From: Eledone cirrhosa
Lineage: Eukaryota
Length of the DNA: 64,000 nt
Reading direction: 5' to 3'
Assembly: GCA_964016885.1 (NCBI GenBank)
Contig: OZ024745.1
Location: forward strand, 87,854,001-87,918,000
Part shown: piece by piece, positions 39,223-52,204 of the stretch
How positions within the stretch are numbered: position 1 is the first letter of the stretch
How the letters are laid out: every line of letters starts with the position of its first letter
Position numbers and translations under genes: made by a program
The notes under the pieces: model-generated
What the model was told of the DNA's origin: nothing
Database searches by the model: none
The model's input: the letters and a program-made list of their open reading frames with translations, nothing else

Positions 39223-39526
39223 TATTAATACAATATAATGTCCATGTATACGAAATTTGTTTTAATGTTTTGGTGCACGACTTATAGCCCACACAGTATT
39301 ATATCTATCTCCTAGATATATATTATTGTGATAGCGTGAGGAATAAAATGGAAATACATCTGAATAAAGGAAAGAAAGAAAAGAAAACAAGAGAAAACAA
39401 AATACATTAATAACCAAATAGAAATATGTAGAAACTGTTATTAGTTGTTGACTGCAGAAAATATTCTCTCTTTCAAACTTTAATTATCAATAAATATACC
39501 ATCTAACTTTGATAAATGGGAGAATG

Positions 39527-39586
<60 letters not shown>

Positions 39587-39642
39587 TAATATATACCTTC
39601 CGTATACTGTACCGATTGTGTTGTTATTTCTGTTTACCTTTT

Positions 39643-39694
<52 letters not shown>

Positions 39695-39860
39695 TTTAGT
39701 AGGTAAGTTAATTTTTAATTTTTAAAATTTTCTTATTTTACGTCTTTCATATAATTGTTCTGCATCCCCCTGCATAGAACCACCTAGGTACTATGACATA
39801 ACTTATGTATTTGCTAGCATTAGTGTACATCTGTACGCATATGTTGGTAAATATACTAAT

Positions 39861-39898
<38 letters not shown>

Positions 39899-40101
39899 AT
39901 TTATTATATTTAATAAATATATATATGATATATATATATATCATATATATATAAAATATAATAAATATATATATATATCTATCATATATATATTATATAT
40001 ATGATATATATATGATATATATATGATATATATATATTTATTATATTTTATATATATATATTTGATATGTGTATATATATAATATGTGTATATATATGTA
40101 T

Positions 40102-40177
<76 letters not shown>

Positions 40178-40180
<3 letters not shown>

Positions 40181-40377
40181 AAAAGTATGACCCCAAGGCA
40201 GAGCTCAAGACGTTTCAACAGGTATTTCTGGACTGAAGTCCAGAAATAGCCGTCGAAACGGCTTGAGCTCTGCCGTCGGGGTCATACTTTTTCCTATTTC
40301 CCACTCTACTAGCCTAAGTATTGAGTACACTGATCCGTTATGGTCCATCTGGTTCCTTACCACAATTCCTTTGTTAT
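40178..40377. mobile_element. Head-to-head foldback of the 890-family PLE 3' end
   Basis: Centre ctggact-ga-agtccag (40228-40243), inside HHR stem II; (TA)n on both sides. Confidence 0.8.
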
Positions 40378-42005
40378 ATATATATATAAAAAATATAAGA
40401 AATATATATATATCATATATATATAAAATATAATAAATATATATATATATAAAATATGATAAATATATATAGCGTGTGTGTGTGTATATAATGTATGCTG
40501 CCACCAAAGATACTGCAAACAAACACCAGTTTCTTCTAGTTTACAATCTCATTGTAATTAAATCGATTTTCTTCTGCTATCACACTATATTTAGGCGATA
40601 TACACATGAAACGGACGAACACACAAACGTTATTCAAAATACGACTGAAAACTAAACGATTTTGAAACGAATTTCAAATACTATGAAAATGATTGTGACG
40701 ATAGCCAGGTAATACTCAAATGTTATAGAAATGATTGCAAAACATTATCTTGATATACGAATGCTACATAATTGATAAGATCACATCTTTGTGATATATC
40801 TATACGATGTAGAATTAAATGAAAATTCTGTACATATGATACACAAACAATACAATGTTGTCTACGAAATGAATATAAATGATATTTAAAAGAATCTTTC
40901 GAAACATAACCAAGTGAAATATATCTTGTATCTGTATAAAATTCAAGCTAAAACAATGGTATTTATTTAGCAACGATTGTTCTAAATTCATATCTCACAA
41001 CCAGTCTTTAATGTCATGTCTAAAATTACGTTTTGTTTAAGAATAAAACAATCGAAATTAAATCGTTCATACACCACGATCTCTACAGTGAGCCATTGTA
41101 TGATCCTTGATATAATATGACTGTTCTGGTGAATACAATAGCTCTGGGTAAACTATATATATATATTTTTTTTTATTATATATACATATATACATAGGCA
41201 TGTCTATAGTTTTATATACACTAATATATAGTCCATGCCACATAAGTGTATCACCTTTTCTCACCTCCCTTTCGCTGCCAATTTTGTAGTTGACAAAATG
41301 TCTGTGCAATGGAAAAACATATTTTAAGTAAACCGAAATCAGACCTGTTTGCAAACTAAAAGTAATGTTTATTTACATGTCCAAACGATAAAATAAGTTT
41401 TGACTCAGCAAGTCATATCCAGATCATTCTCATTCCTTTTGATAAAGGAATACATTTGCAATATTTTCTGTAGATCTTTGCTAGGAATGTTTATTCGGCT
41501 ATCACTCGGGTTTGCAAAAAGGTCTGTCTGTGCGTGAGATTTCATTTAACCGTGTCTTATAGCATATGTTGTATCTTATACATAACATTAACTTGATATT
41601 TGAAGGTTCATCACAAGATTCCTTATTGAAGTAGTTTCTGTGTCCAGCGGGATGACTGAGATCATTTAAATATAAAATACGTGTTCTGACAGTATCAACA
41701 TGATATCTGACAGACTGATCCATGACATGCAGGCTGAGTTATGTCATAGAAGAATATAATAACATTTTAACAGGGAAGTATAGCTTTGATCATATACAAT
41801 TCATAACAAGAAGTAGAGAGATTCGTTTGATTCTAACATCAATTAGAGATGTATTACATGCTCCTAAAGCACGGATATCATCATGAGTGGACACACACAT
41901 ATATATATATATACATATTTAGAAATATATATACATAAATATATATTTATGAATATTTATATACACATATATTTATACACACACACACACACATACCCCC
42001 CCCCC

Positions 42006-42052
<47 letters not shown>

Positions 42053-43670
42053 CTCGCTTGGATGTAATTCTACCGTTGAAAAATCTTCATCTGAAAATCG
42101 CTTCACCAATATGTTCTAATAAGACAACTCTTTGCATACATTACATAATACAGTAGATTTGCCAGCTTAATCAAAAGTGTCTTTCTTCTCCTTTTTAGTC
42201 ATGCCGTTGAAATTACGCCTCTGTAGTTTTTTCTCAATAATAAATTTATGTATGAATGTTTGTATTATGTATATATCTATATATGAAGTATATCAAGTTA
42301 TTCTCATGCAAATTATTTAAATATGGGTGAAGATACAGCTTATCAATTTCATCAACATACATAAATAGCAAATAAATTAGGCAAGTGATGTCAGCAATTC
42401 AATTCAGGGTGTCTGTGAATCCTCCCAGAGATTCCAATTTCTCTTTTGTGTTACAAGTTTTGTTGACAGTTAGATACATTATCTTTTAACCTAGTTATAC
42501 CCAGAGCCTCCAATGACTGGTTAGGTCTATTGTAAAACTTTCCCAGACAAGATAACACCATCTTTCTAAAATACTTTATTTGATGTTATACTGAATATGG
42601 GAATTGCTCCATCAATTGCTAACGACATCGTATACTTGCATCTATAGGTGAGACAGCGGAAAGCTTTTGCATTGTCTCTTGATATATACATACACACACA
42701 CATAGACACACACATAGACACACATACACATATATTATATATACGTGTCAACGTCACTACATTTCTTAACAAGATTTTAAAGTGTAAATCCTTATATTAG
42801 ACTCAAATAATATTAAGTATCTGATCAGAAACGTTTGCTCGGGTCATAATTAGAGACTCTACGAAATTATTTCGTCGAAATCTGTGAAGTTTATTCTGTA
42901 AAATTCAGAGGGTACATTTAATTCTGCTTGGGCAGCTGACTCTCCTAGAAGTTTCATGGTAATATACTTTCGCAATAAATATCTGCATATTAAACGGCTG
43001 TATATCTGTGTATGAGCAAATTGTTTGAATGCACGAACTTATCTTCAATAGTATTCCTGCATCACTGGCGTAGAAATCTAATCCTATATTTCATCATGTA
43101 AGTATTTCCGCTCATCAACCAATAGGTTTTGTTTGTTTGTCTTTTTACACTCAAATTTTAAACATGAGAAATATTAGAAGAACATTTCAAACCTTGAATT
43201 TCGTTAATATAGAGATTTAGTACTAATCAAAATAACTTATAGTTCGTACATAAAAATAATGAGGCAAAGTGTCTTCGGTTTAATGTAGAATTGCAGCAGA
43301 GAGCTTTCATGATTTAGTGTGGTATGCAAATCTGTGTATTTCTGTTGATTGAATTCACGCCAAGAAACGCTGAAAATATAATATTCTAGTTTCATTTTAA
43401 TGTACATTATGATAAAGCAGAAATTATTGGGAAAGTTTTCTGCTCTAACAGATTAGTAGCAATCGAGCCGTGGGTTTTGTTGCAGAATACTTAAATCAGC
43501 TGCAAGAATGAATCCCATTCAGTTTGAATAGGAGAATATATTTACCTATTTTCAACGCCATTAAATAAAATCTTAGTGTCACCATGGAATAATACCATGA
43601 CACCAAAGATAGCGATTTCAATACCCATTTCTGCAAATAAGATTGGGTATATGTACACTTCTGTTTCTGT

Positions 43671-44861
43671 TCAAAATCCATTTGTTTGAGCTGGAAAATA
43701 TCTGCAGTTGATGTCAGAACCTTGCGAACCAGCTGCGGCAGTTGTCAGATCATCGCATTGTCCTACTGTTCCATGGTTCGTTTTCATTCTCAGAATGCGA
43801 CGGAATGCTATTCGGAATGATCGATTAAAAAAATAAAATAAAAAAGGATTCATTGTTGAATTACTGTATCCAAGCCACACCGCTACCTGCCATAAGTAGT
43901 AGGGTGTTTGGTATTGAATGATAGCATCAATAACATTTATGATGAAAAATGGGCACCAACAAATACAAAAACAACCCATTATTATTCCTAAAGTTTTAGC
44001 AGCTTTTGCTTCGTGTTTGAAAGCTTTCCGCTTATTTTTGTTCTGAATGATCGCTTGCTCAAGCGTTCGTATCTGTTTTGCTTGCCTTTTGGCCGCTGTA
44101 TAAATCTGTGCGTTGCACATTACGAGGAAGGCGGACGGAATATAAAAGGCTACAGCTGAGCATGTAAATGCAAACGCTCTGTTAACAACGAAAACACACG
44201 TATCACTACCTGGTGGAGCAATACATTCATAAATTGCTTCTATGCCTTTCAAATTCCATTCGTTAGTGATGGGAACAAAGGAAATTAGCAATGGTACTGT
44301 CCAACAAAGGATTATAGAAATAACTACATGTCTTTTTTTGACTTTCTGATGCTGAAATGGCCGGCATATAGCGAGATAACGATCTCCAGCTAGGCAGACC
44401 AGATGAAAAATGGAGGTTGTTGTAAATGTTACATCTAAGCAGATGATAATACGACACAGAATGAGGCCGTGTCCCCAATGGTTATCCCACATCAACTGTC
44501 TAATGGCATATGGCATAACGGCACCACCGACAAGCGTGTCTGAAATGGCTAACGAAACAACAAAGGCATTCGTGTAACTTTTCAAATGGTTGTGTGTTAA
44601 TACAGCTGCAATAACTAAGCAGTTTCCTAATATAGTTAAGCCAGCCAAGCAACTGAGGAAAATACCTAGGGCAAATTTAACCCAGAAACATAGTTGTGGA
44701 GGTGGTTCTGCTAAATATGATAAAATTTCGTCACATTTATTTGAGTCATTTAGAGTAGGGAATGTAACGTTTATTCCTGGTTGAAGGTAACCTTGGAGGC
44801 CGAATGTGGCCTGATTCAGCTCCATCGCACTACTCCAAGTTGTATACGGTGAACTGTGCAT
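43671..44861 (-). CDS. HTR4: Class A aminergic GPCR, serotonin 5-HT4 receptor-like (396 aa from the first Met after a splice acceptor)
   Basis: Seven TM segments: GN(TM1), SLAISD(TM2), CLDVTFTTTSIFHL with D3.32, DRY, CWCPFF, WLGYSNS. 5-HT4-like segments ISFVPITNEWN, CVFVVNRAFAFTCSAVAFYIP, EAKAAKTL. Orthology is from recalled similarity only; the start codon is uncertain. Confidence 0.85.
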   Translation of the reverse strand: MHSSPYTTWSSAMELNQATFGLQGYLQPGINVTFPTLNDSNKCDEILSYLAEPPPQLCFWVKFALGIFLSCLAGLTILGNCLVIAAVLTHNHLKSYTNAFVVSLAISDTLVGGAVMPYAIRQLMWDNHWGHGLILCRIIICLDVTFTTTSIFHLVCLAGDRYLAICRPFQHQKVKKRHVVISIILCWTVPLLISFVPITNEWNLKGIEAIYECIAPPGSDTCVFVVNRAFAFTCSAVAFYIPSAFLVMCNAQIYTAAKRQAKQIRTLEQAIIQNKNKRKAFKHEAKAAKTLGIIMGCFCICWCPFFIINVIDAIIQYQTPYYLWQVAVWLGYSNSTMNPFLFYFFNRSFRIAFRRILRMKTNHGTVGQCDDLTTAAAGSQGSDINCRYFPAQTNGF

Positions 44862-44884
44862 TGTTATATGACCAGGCCGGATTT

Positions 44885-44910
44885 CTGTAAGAAAGAAAAA
44901 GAAAGAAACC
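44885..44910 (-). other. Polypyrimidine tract and 3' splice acceptor upstream of the GPCR coding exon
   Basis: Minus strand tttctttctttttctttcttacAG|aaatccgg; the exon would start at 44884. Confidence 0.7.
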
Positions 44911-45276
44911 ATTTAAAAACCGTTGATTAATTCTCAAAGTTGAATGAAATTGTTATAGATATAGTGAAAGGATTAATAATATTTAAATCAGTGTTTGTTT
45001 TTCCAGCTTATCAATTAAAATCAGCTAATCATCTAATTTGAACTTGGTGCCGTACGTGGCATGAACGAAACTAGATTCTGTATAACTAATCCAGATTAGT
45101 ATTCATATTTAAACACCTTGACAAAAATAGGAGGACGTTACAAATCCGTTTGGGCATACATATATTAATTTTAAAGTATATTTGATAAGCAACATATAGG
45201 CAACATATAAAGAAATAGGAATTTATAACCCACAGTAAAAGATATCGTTCAATTATAATAGATAACATTCGCTTAA

Positions 45277-45477
45277 CCCTTTAGCAGTTACATTACTCTA
45301 TATATACTATTGTATTTTTGTGGTAATTGTCTCACGTAATATCTAATCTATGCGATTTTGGTGTTACTTATTTTGAGAACAATACCTTAACATCATTATG
45401 AGTGGTTTGTTACAGCCGGTTTGAACAGAAATGGTGAGAGAATTCTGGCCAGATACGGCTGGTTTAAATTCTAAGGG
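45277..45477. mobile_element. TTAA-type MITE copy
   Basis: ttaa|ccctttagcag..aaattctaaggg; homologous to 10377-10585. Confidence 0.7.
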
Positions 45478-46718
45478 AGCTACTTTACAAAGAGAATACA
45501 AACTCACGTATATTTCCTTCCATATATCCTTCAGAGTATCTAATTTTCATAATATGCACCAATATAAGGAAATCTATTCCACATCATGTTACTGATTGTA
45601 ACTTGTAACTCACTGATTAATGAAGGCATTACTAAAAATTACAGCTCCATGCATTGTATGAACAGACACCTAACCTAGCAGAATATATTTCTGTGTAAAC
45701 AAAGTAATTGATTAACAAGATGACCGAGTCTAATTAATTGTTACCGGAGCGAGATTCATTATTCCATATAGATACACGTAAATGAATTAGAATTATTTCA
45801 TCGATATTGTGATGAACTATGAAGTTCAGGGTAGGTGGCTTTGATCTTGTGATAATAAAGACACTTAAACCACAACACGAAATAGAGAAAGTGATGTAAA
45901 TTTCACGAGTATTTCGTTTGTTAGCAATGCAGTATTCAACAACTAAAATGGGGAAAAGCATAAAGAGAAATGGAGAAATGATCTTTACATAATCGATTTT
46001 ATTTCAATATGCTGCGTAAAAGTGAAGCCTGTAGAAATATACGGCCCGACTATCTCCTAATTTTCGAGATATAACGCAACATCTCTTAGTTGGTGTTAGG
46101 GCAGCAGCATGGCGAGATTATTATATCTTGCGATATTTGTGCTGGTTGTTTGCCGTTTGGGTTCAACTCAAGCTACGTAGTAGACTTAATCCGTCATCTG
46201 GCTTAACATCACCACATGCTCAATGTGTAGCTTTAACAGAATTCACACTATTTCAAACATGCGGACAAGTTCTACCGTTTAAAGATAGTTTTTCCCTTCC
46301 TATTAATCACATATGGTCTGAAAAGGGTCACAAACATTACACCCCCACCCCCTGATTGAACAACAAAACAATGCTCAGTAATGATATGAATTGGTTTCTC
46401 TTTCGTTTACTTTTTTTCATCCTTTCGCCACTGTTTTTACCTCTTTCGTAATTCTCCAAGAAAGAAAAGAAAAAAAACAAACAAACAAAAAATTGTTTCA
46501 CCGTAATTATTCCTACTTTTCTTATCTTCTCCCTCTCTACAATTCTTTCGTTCCTCATCATATACTTTAGACTCTCTTTCTTTCATTCTTCCCCTCACTT
46601 TCTCCTTCTCTGATCGTTCTTCCTATCTCATTAGGTTGTATTTCAACTCGACTTTTGCTATGGTTAATAGCTGTTGGCTGTTTTCACAGCTTCTTTCACG
46701 ATTGAGATTCCTACAATG

Positions 46719-46818
<100 letters not shown>

Positions 46819-46824
46819 TATGTA

Positions 46825-47100
46825 TGTAAAAGGTAAACAGAAATAACAACACAATCGGTACAGTATATGGAAAGGATATATTAGGTTAACGCTCGAAATA
46901 GCAGGAAGAGGGTCTTAACCTTGCGGACGCTAGTCCTTCATCAGAAGAAAGAATGAGAAATAAGATAGATTGAATAGACGGGCGGGGAGGAATTGGAAAA
47001 CATGAATTTAGATAAAAATAACAGATCCACTCATGCTGACGTGAGGACCCCGACGGCTGAACTGCGGCAGTTTCGACAGCTAGATCCAAATTCAGAATAT
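46825..47100 (-). mobile_element. Solo 3' end of the 7020-9907 PLE family with degenerate HHR (46913-46948)
   Basis: Reverse complement of ~9693-9907; HHR GAAA mutated to GCAA. A shorter tail piece lies at ~39582-39643. Confidence 0.75.
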
Positions 47101-47484
47101 ATATATACATATATATATATTCTGAGTTTTATACGAAGTGAATGAACTATTTGAATGTTTGGTTTCATCGATTACACATAATATATAAATATGCAGTTCG
47201 TGTGAAAAGAATGTGAACAAGTATTTGATTTTAGCGACAGCTGTTTAAGAATTTGTCGAATTAAATAGTATAATCTTTTTATCTCAAAAAAAACAACGAA
47301 ACAGGCGATGACATGTTAACATATGGTATTATGTTTAATTAATCATTTCAATAACATATGCAATAATTTACTCTTTTTTTCTCATCTGTATCTCTATCCA
47401 CCACTCTCTTTCTTTCTTTCTCTCTCTCTCTCTTTCTCGAGCTATACATTTTCTCATCTATCAATCTCATAATATAATATAATA

Positions 47485-47655
47485 ATTGTTTCTACTTTAG
47501 GCACAAGGCAATTAACCATTGCATTACTGGTACTTTATTTCATTGACCCTGTAAGCATGAAAGACATAATTAACTTCGGTAGGATTTGAACGTAAAGGGC
47601 TAAGCTTTGCACTGCAAAGCATGGTGTCTGCCGCTCTACTGATACTGCCAATCCA
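47485..47655 (-). mobile_element. tRNA-derived SINE (diverged)
   Basis: Family motifs present; flanked by a duplicated ctatacattttct.atctatcaat. Confidence 0.7.
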
Positions 47656-48099
47656 AAACAACTCTGTTTATCTCTGTCAGGAACTATACATTTTCTTATC
47701 TATCAATATAATATAATATAATATAATATAATATAATAAAGGGAGGAGTGCGGGATTGTGTCTTGAAAATATTTTTTTATCCCGTTAGTAAAATAGGTTT
47801 CATTACTTTGAATAAATAATGAGTGAATATTACATAATTTATGTTTTAAATTTCATAGCTGTTGATTAAACATAAATATTCTTACATATAATGATTGCTA
47901 ATTTTAAGATTCACTTCTTTTAAAATCTTCAAATGTCAATACTTCCGGTTACGATATAACGTACGCTATATCACATCGCTTATATAAACGTTCATATATT
48001 TCCATCGTTATATCATAACATTTATATTTCCGTCGCTAATTTTCTCCTTTTTCGTTTTCCTTACATTTCACGGTAATGTAGTTTATATAACAACATTTT

Positions 48100-49420
48100 T
48101 ATCAATGGCCTAATTGTTTCACCAATATCTGATGAAGACTGCTACAGATACCTGGGGAGAGATGAGAATATATACTCAAATGTTATATCGGGGAATATTA
48201 CACCCGATTAAGAAAAATATGGTCGTCGGAACTCTCTGCCCACAATAAAGAAGTCGCTCACAATGTGTTTGTTGTGCCGGTCCTAACACCAACGTTTAGA
48301 ATACTCGTTTGGACGATAGATGAAATCCAAGGAATTGACGTTAAAACTCGGAAAATCCTAAACAATACCGGAAACTTCCACATCAGCAGTGACATAGACA
48401 GCCTCTACTTGAAACGTAAGCAGGGAGGCAAAGAGCTAACATCATTTGAATGTCGCACATTTTACGAACCTCCAAATGCAGGAGCCCATCCATTGAGCAA
48501 GTCTGTCTGCATTAGACATATAAGATCATGAGAGTTGGGAAGGAACTCCTTGAAAGATATATCCTACCTGATAATCAAAAGCTCACACCCAGCAATACCG
48601 CAGCGAACCCATGGACGAAAAACTGCATGCTTATCAGTAAAAAGTCATGGATGGATATGTTGCTAGGAAGGTCCAAAGTGAGATTAATATAGATAAGTAA
48701 AGTAGTCTATCTTGAACCGCTATACTGGTTCCCACTTTGAAGAACAGGAAATCAACACAAAAATATCTGATTCACAAAAGAGATCGGGATGCAGGCAAAA
48801 CACATAGATGTGACAACAAATGCAGATTCTGCAGAATCAATATCGAAGATGTCACCCGTGTTATAAGTAGCTGTCCAAAGATGTCATCACGGTACTATCT
48901 ACCTATGAGATACGATGTAGTGTCCAAAACACTGTATAATGTAATCCATAGAAGAGATAGCCATGATAATAAACACATTAAAAACTACAGCAATGTGGAA
49001 GACATATGCATACATAATATAAAAGAGTACTGGTGGAATATTCCAGTCAATGCCTCAATAAAATGCAGGCATAACAGACCAGATATAATGATATGAGACA
49101 GGAAAAAGAAGGCATGCACAGTAGTGGAAGTTAACTGCCCAGCAGATGCCAATATAATATTAAAGATTAGCGAAAAGGAAAATATTTATGCAGAACTAAT
49201 GAGAAATCTGTTGATACTCCACCCCGACTATCTCTTCAGATTTATACCCCTGATTGTTGGGGCACTGGGATATGTTAGTAATAGCCTCAATATAAATCTT
49301 GAGAAGCTGGGCTTCACAGGAACAGAAAGAACACGACTAGTTCGAAAATTACAAGTATAATCCATTCTTGGAACAGTAAAAATATGTAAAACATTCCCAA
49401 AATACTGCATCGCATAACTG
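48100..49420 (+). mobile_element. Decayed RLE-type non-LTR retrotransposon fragment
   Basis: RYLG, SDIDSLYLKRKQGG, CRFC..EDVTRVISSC, RYD, RPDIMI, VEVNCP, EKENIY, IPLIVGALG. Confidence 0.8.
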
Positions 49421-50146
49421 CATATACACATGTACAGATACAAAGCATATGCACATGCACGCATATAACTCAAAACATACACATGCACACACACATTAAC
49501 ATCCATACCTGCAGAAACATGCATGCATGCAGACATACATACACATCTACCTAGTTGATGTTGTGTAAATTCTAATGAGAGAGACTTGTATCTATGTTAG
49601 AAACCGACTCTCTCTGTATTTGTAAACATTTATAAAATTATAAAACCAGAAGAACATACATACAAGTAGCGAAGCAAGCGTTGAAAGCAACACCTTCATA
49701 CAATGTATCTAGAGTAATTCAGCAAAATATATCCATTTTTATCCATTTCTTCGTCAGGTTATGCATTAGATAGGGGATTTAATATTAGTATTGAAATTCA
49801 ATATAAAGGTCGCCAATACAACAATGCTTACAATGTTTGTAGCAGTGAAGGACCAGGATGGGCTTGTGATAACATATTTATGATTAAATGCATTATTACT
49901 CAATATCCAGTCGTTGTTTATAAATATATATATATCTTGAGTTGGTTTTCTCGTGGGTTTGGTCCTTGCGGGTGGCTTACCGGTCGCAATCTTCAATTTG
50001 CCAAGCTGTCTAAACGTAATGTTATTACTCTAAGATAAAATACCTTATTGAGTGCTTAGCTGCACATTCCGATTGCATTCGTTAGCATAGCTGCAGCCAG
50101 AGCCACGATTATGCTGAACTTCCATATGTATATATATATATATAAT

Positions 50147-50446
50147 AATTGTTTCTACTTTTTGGCACAAGGCCAGCAATACCCAGTGCATTACTGGTAC
50201 TTTATTTTATCGACCCCGTAAGGAAGAAAGGCAAAGTTAACCTCGGCGTGATTTGAACTCAGAATGGCAAGGGCCGTAACTCTATGCGTCAAAGCATCGC
50301 GTCCGCCCTTCTACCAATACTGCCAATCCACCGCCATATATATATAAAATAATAATAATAATTGTTTCTACGTTAGGCAAAAGACCAGCAATTATCCAGT
50401 GTATTACTGATACTTAATTTTATCGACCCCGTAAGGATGAAAGGCA
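50147..50446 (-). mobile_element. tRNA-derived SINE, one full and one partial copy
   Basis: Family motifs on the minus strand. Confidence 0.8.
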
Positions 50447-50496
50447 TATAAAATAATAATAATAATGTCATTATATATATATATATATATATATAT

Positions 50497-51285
50497 GTAT
50501 ACGTACATACATATATGTATACAGACGTACAGTAGTATGTATATATATATACATACATGCACACATATATATATGTACGTATGGATTCACCGAACATCTA
50601 TTACATTGCTCGCTGTGTTTGTAAACAAACATCCCGAATTAAGCCCTAGTGTCTAGTAAGCATCGTTGCTCGTTTGTTCAACACTGATAAAGGAACGCTG
50701 TACTAGTATTAAGCTTATTAGCTATCGTCAGCAACGTATACCTTCCTGCCAGATGATTTAACGTCTGAAAGTATATACTTTCCTTATGCATATTAACGGC
50801 TGAGTAGCCGAATTTGCATATCGAGTGGGTTAATGGGCCGGGTACACCGAAAACGATAAACGGAAAACATGAAACGAAATTTCATTTCCCACTCTTAGTA
50901 CAGCTGTTACTTAAATATAAGTATGTATACGTACATACATATATATATATACAGACGTACAGTAGTATGTATATATATATATACATACATGCATACATAT
51001 ATATATATGTACGTATGGATTCACAGAACATATATTATTAAGCCGTGAGCAACGATGGTTGCTAGACACTACGGCTTAATACGGGATGTTTGTTTACAAA
51101 CACACCGATCATTATAATAATTGTTCGGTGAATCCATACGTACATATATATATATGTGTGTATGTATATATATATATACTACTGTATGTCTGTATACATA
51201 TATGTATGTACGTATACATACTTAAATTTAACTAACAGCCGTATTAAGAGTGGGAAATGCAATTTCGTTTTATTTTTTCCGTTAA
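50497..51285 (-). mobile_element. Non-coding retrozyme-like element: ~428-bp monomer, partial second unit and terminal inversion
   Basis: gtatacgtacatac at 50497 and 50925; 51040-51285 is an inverted copy; degenerate HHR at 50695-50737 (-): acgttg CTGACGA T-AGC taataa GCT-T AATA CTAG TA cagcgt. Confidence 0.55.
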
Positions 51286-51299
51286 TATATATATATATA

Positions 51300-51915
51300 T
51301 ATAGTGTATTTTGCAATACACTGTATGCTTAATTAAAAGCATTTCGAAGACCTTATGCTATTGTTTTAGAGTAGTGACAGTCTCACTTACTTTAAATTTT
51401 CAGCAAACAGGGGAGATAAAGCTGAGAAAGCTATGTTTCGTACTGATTGGTACTTATCAAAGCCAAGTACTCCACCTGTTTGCTGAAAATCATGAATGTT
51501 TGATTCTTATAGAATTTCTAGTAATAATCAGGAACTGATTATACAGAGCCGTTGCCGGTCAATCAGAAATTGAAAATTAGAATTGGCGCTCTGAAATAGC
51601 TATATATATATGAATGTATATATAGTGTATTTTGCAATACACTGTATGCTTATTTAGAAATTCTATAAGAATCAAACATTCATCATTTTCAGCAAACAGG
51701 TGGAGTGCTTGGCTTTGATATGTACCAATCAGTACGAAATATAGCTCTATCAGCTTTATCTCCCCTGTTTGCAGAAAATTTAAAGTAAGTGAGACTGTCA
51801 CTACTCTAAAACACTAGCATAAGGTCTTCGAAATGCTTTTAATTAAGCATACATGTATTGCAAAATACACTATATATACATTCATATATATATAGATATT
51901 TCAGAGCGCCAATTC

Positions 51916-51920
<5 letters not shown>
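51300..51920 (-). mobile_element. Retrozyme-like element, ~321-bp monomer (relative of 2776-3320) with inverted arm
   Basis: atagtgtattttgcaatac at 51301 and 51622; inverted copy 51655-51920; HHRs at 51420-51464 (-) and 51711-51755 (+). Confidence 0.65.
51420..51464 (-). ncRNA. Hammerhead ribozyme, U3-A8 core (UUGAUAA), stem III eroded
   Basis: ggct TTGATAA GTAC caatca GTAC GAAA CATAGCTTTC TC agct; mirrored at 51711-51755. Confidence 0.6.
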
Positions 51921-51947
<27 letters not shown>

Positions 51948-51992
51948 AAATCTTACACATTTAACATCTCGGGTTATGTAATGTATCATTAT

Positions 51993-52045
51993 ATTTTGTC
52001 TGATGAGGACGTACTATTGTACCTCTGAAATATGTATAATAAAAT
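51993..52045 (+). ncRNA. Type-I hammerhead ribozyme
   Basis: attttgt CTGATGA GGAC-GTAC tatt GTAC-CTCT GAAA TATGTA TA ataaaat; lies in a ~160-bp insert between (TA)n tracts. Confidence 0.7.
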
Positions 52046-52088
52046 TTAAATGATCAAAAGAACATCTATTTTATTAATATTTGTATTG

Positions 52089-52142
<54 letters not shown>

Positions 52143-52204
52143 CCACAAAGACACATATATATATAAATATATATGAAACCCATGCTAGTTCCGTCAACTT
52201 GTTA

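Noticed and set aside
44862-44912. N-terminal MVSFFFFLT extension of the GPCR
   Set aside because: It overlaps a polypyrimidine tract and AG acceptor, so it is most likely intronic.
50745-50785. Plus-strand CAGATGA..GAAAGTATATACTT as a second hammerhead
   Set aside because: No stem I pairing and a poor stem II.
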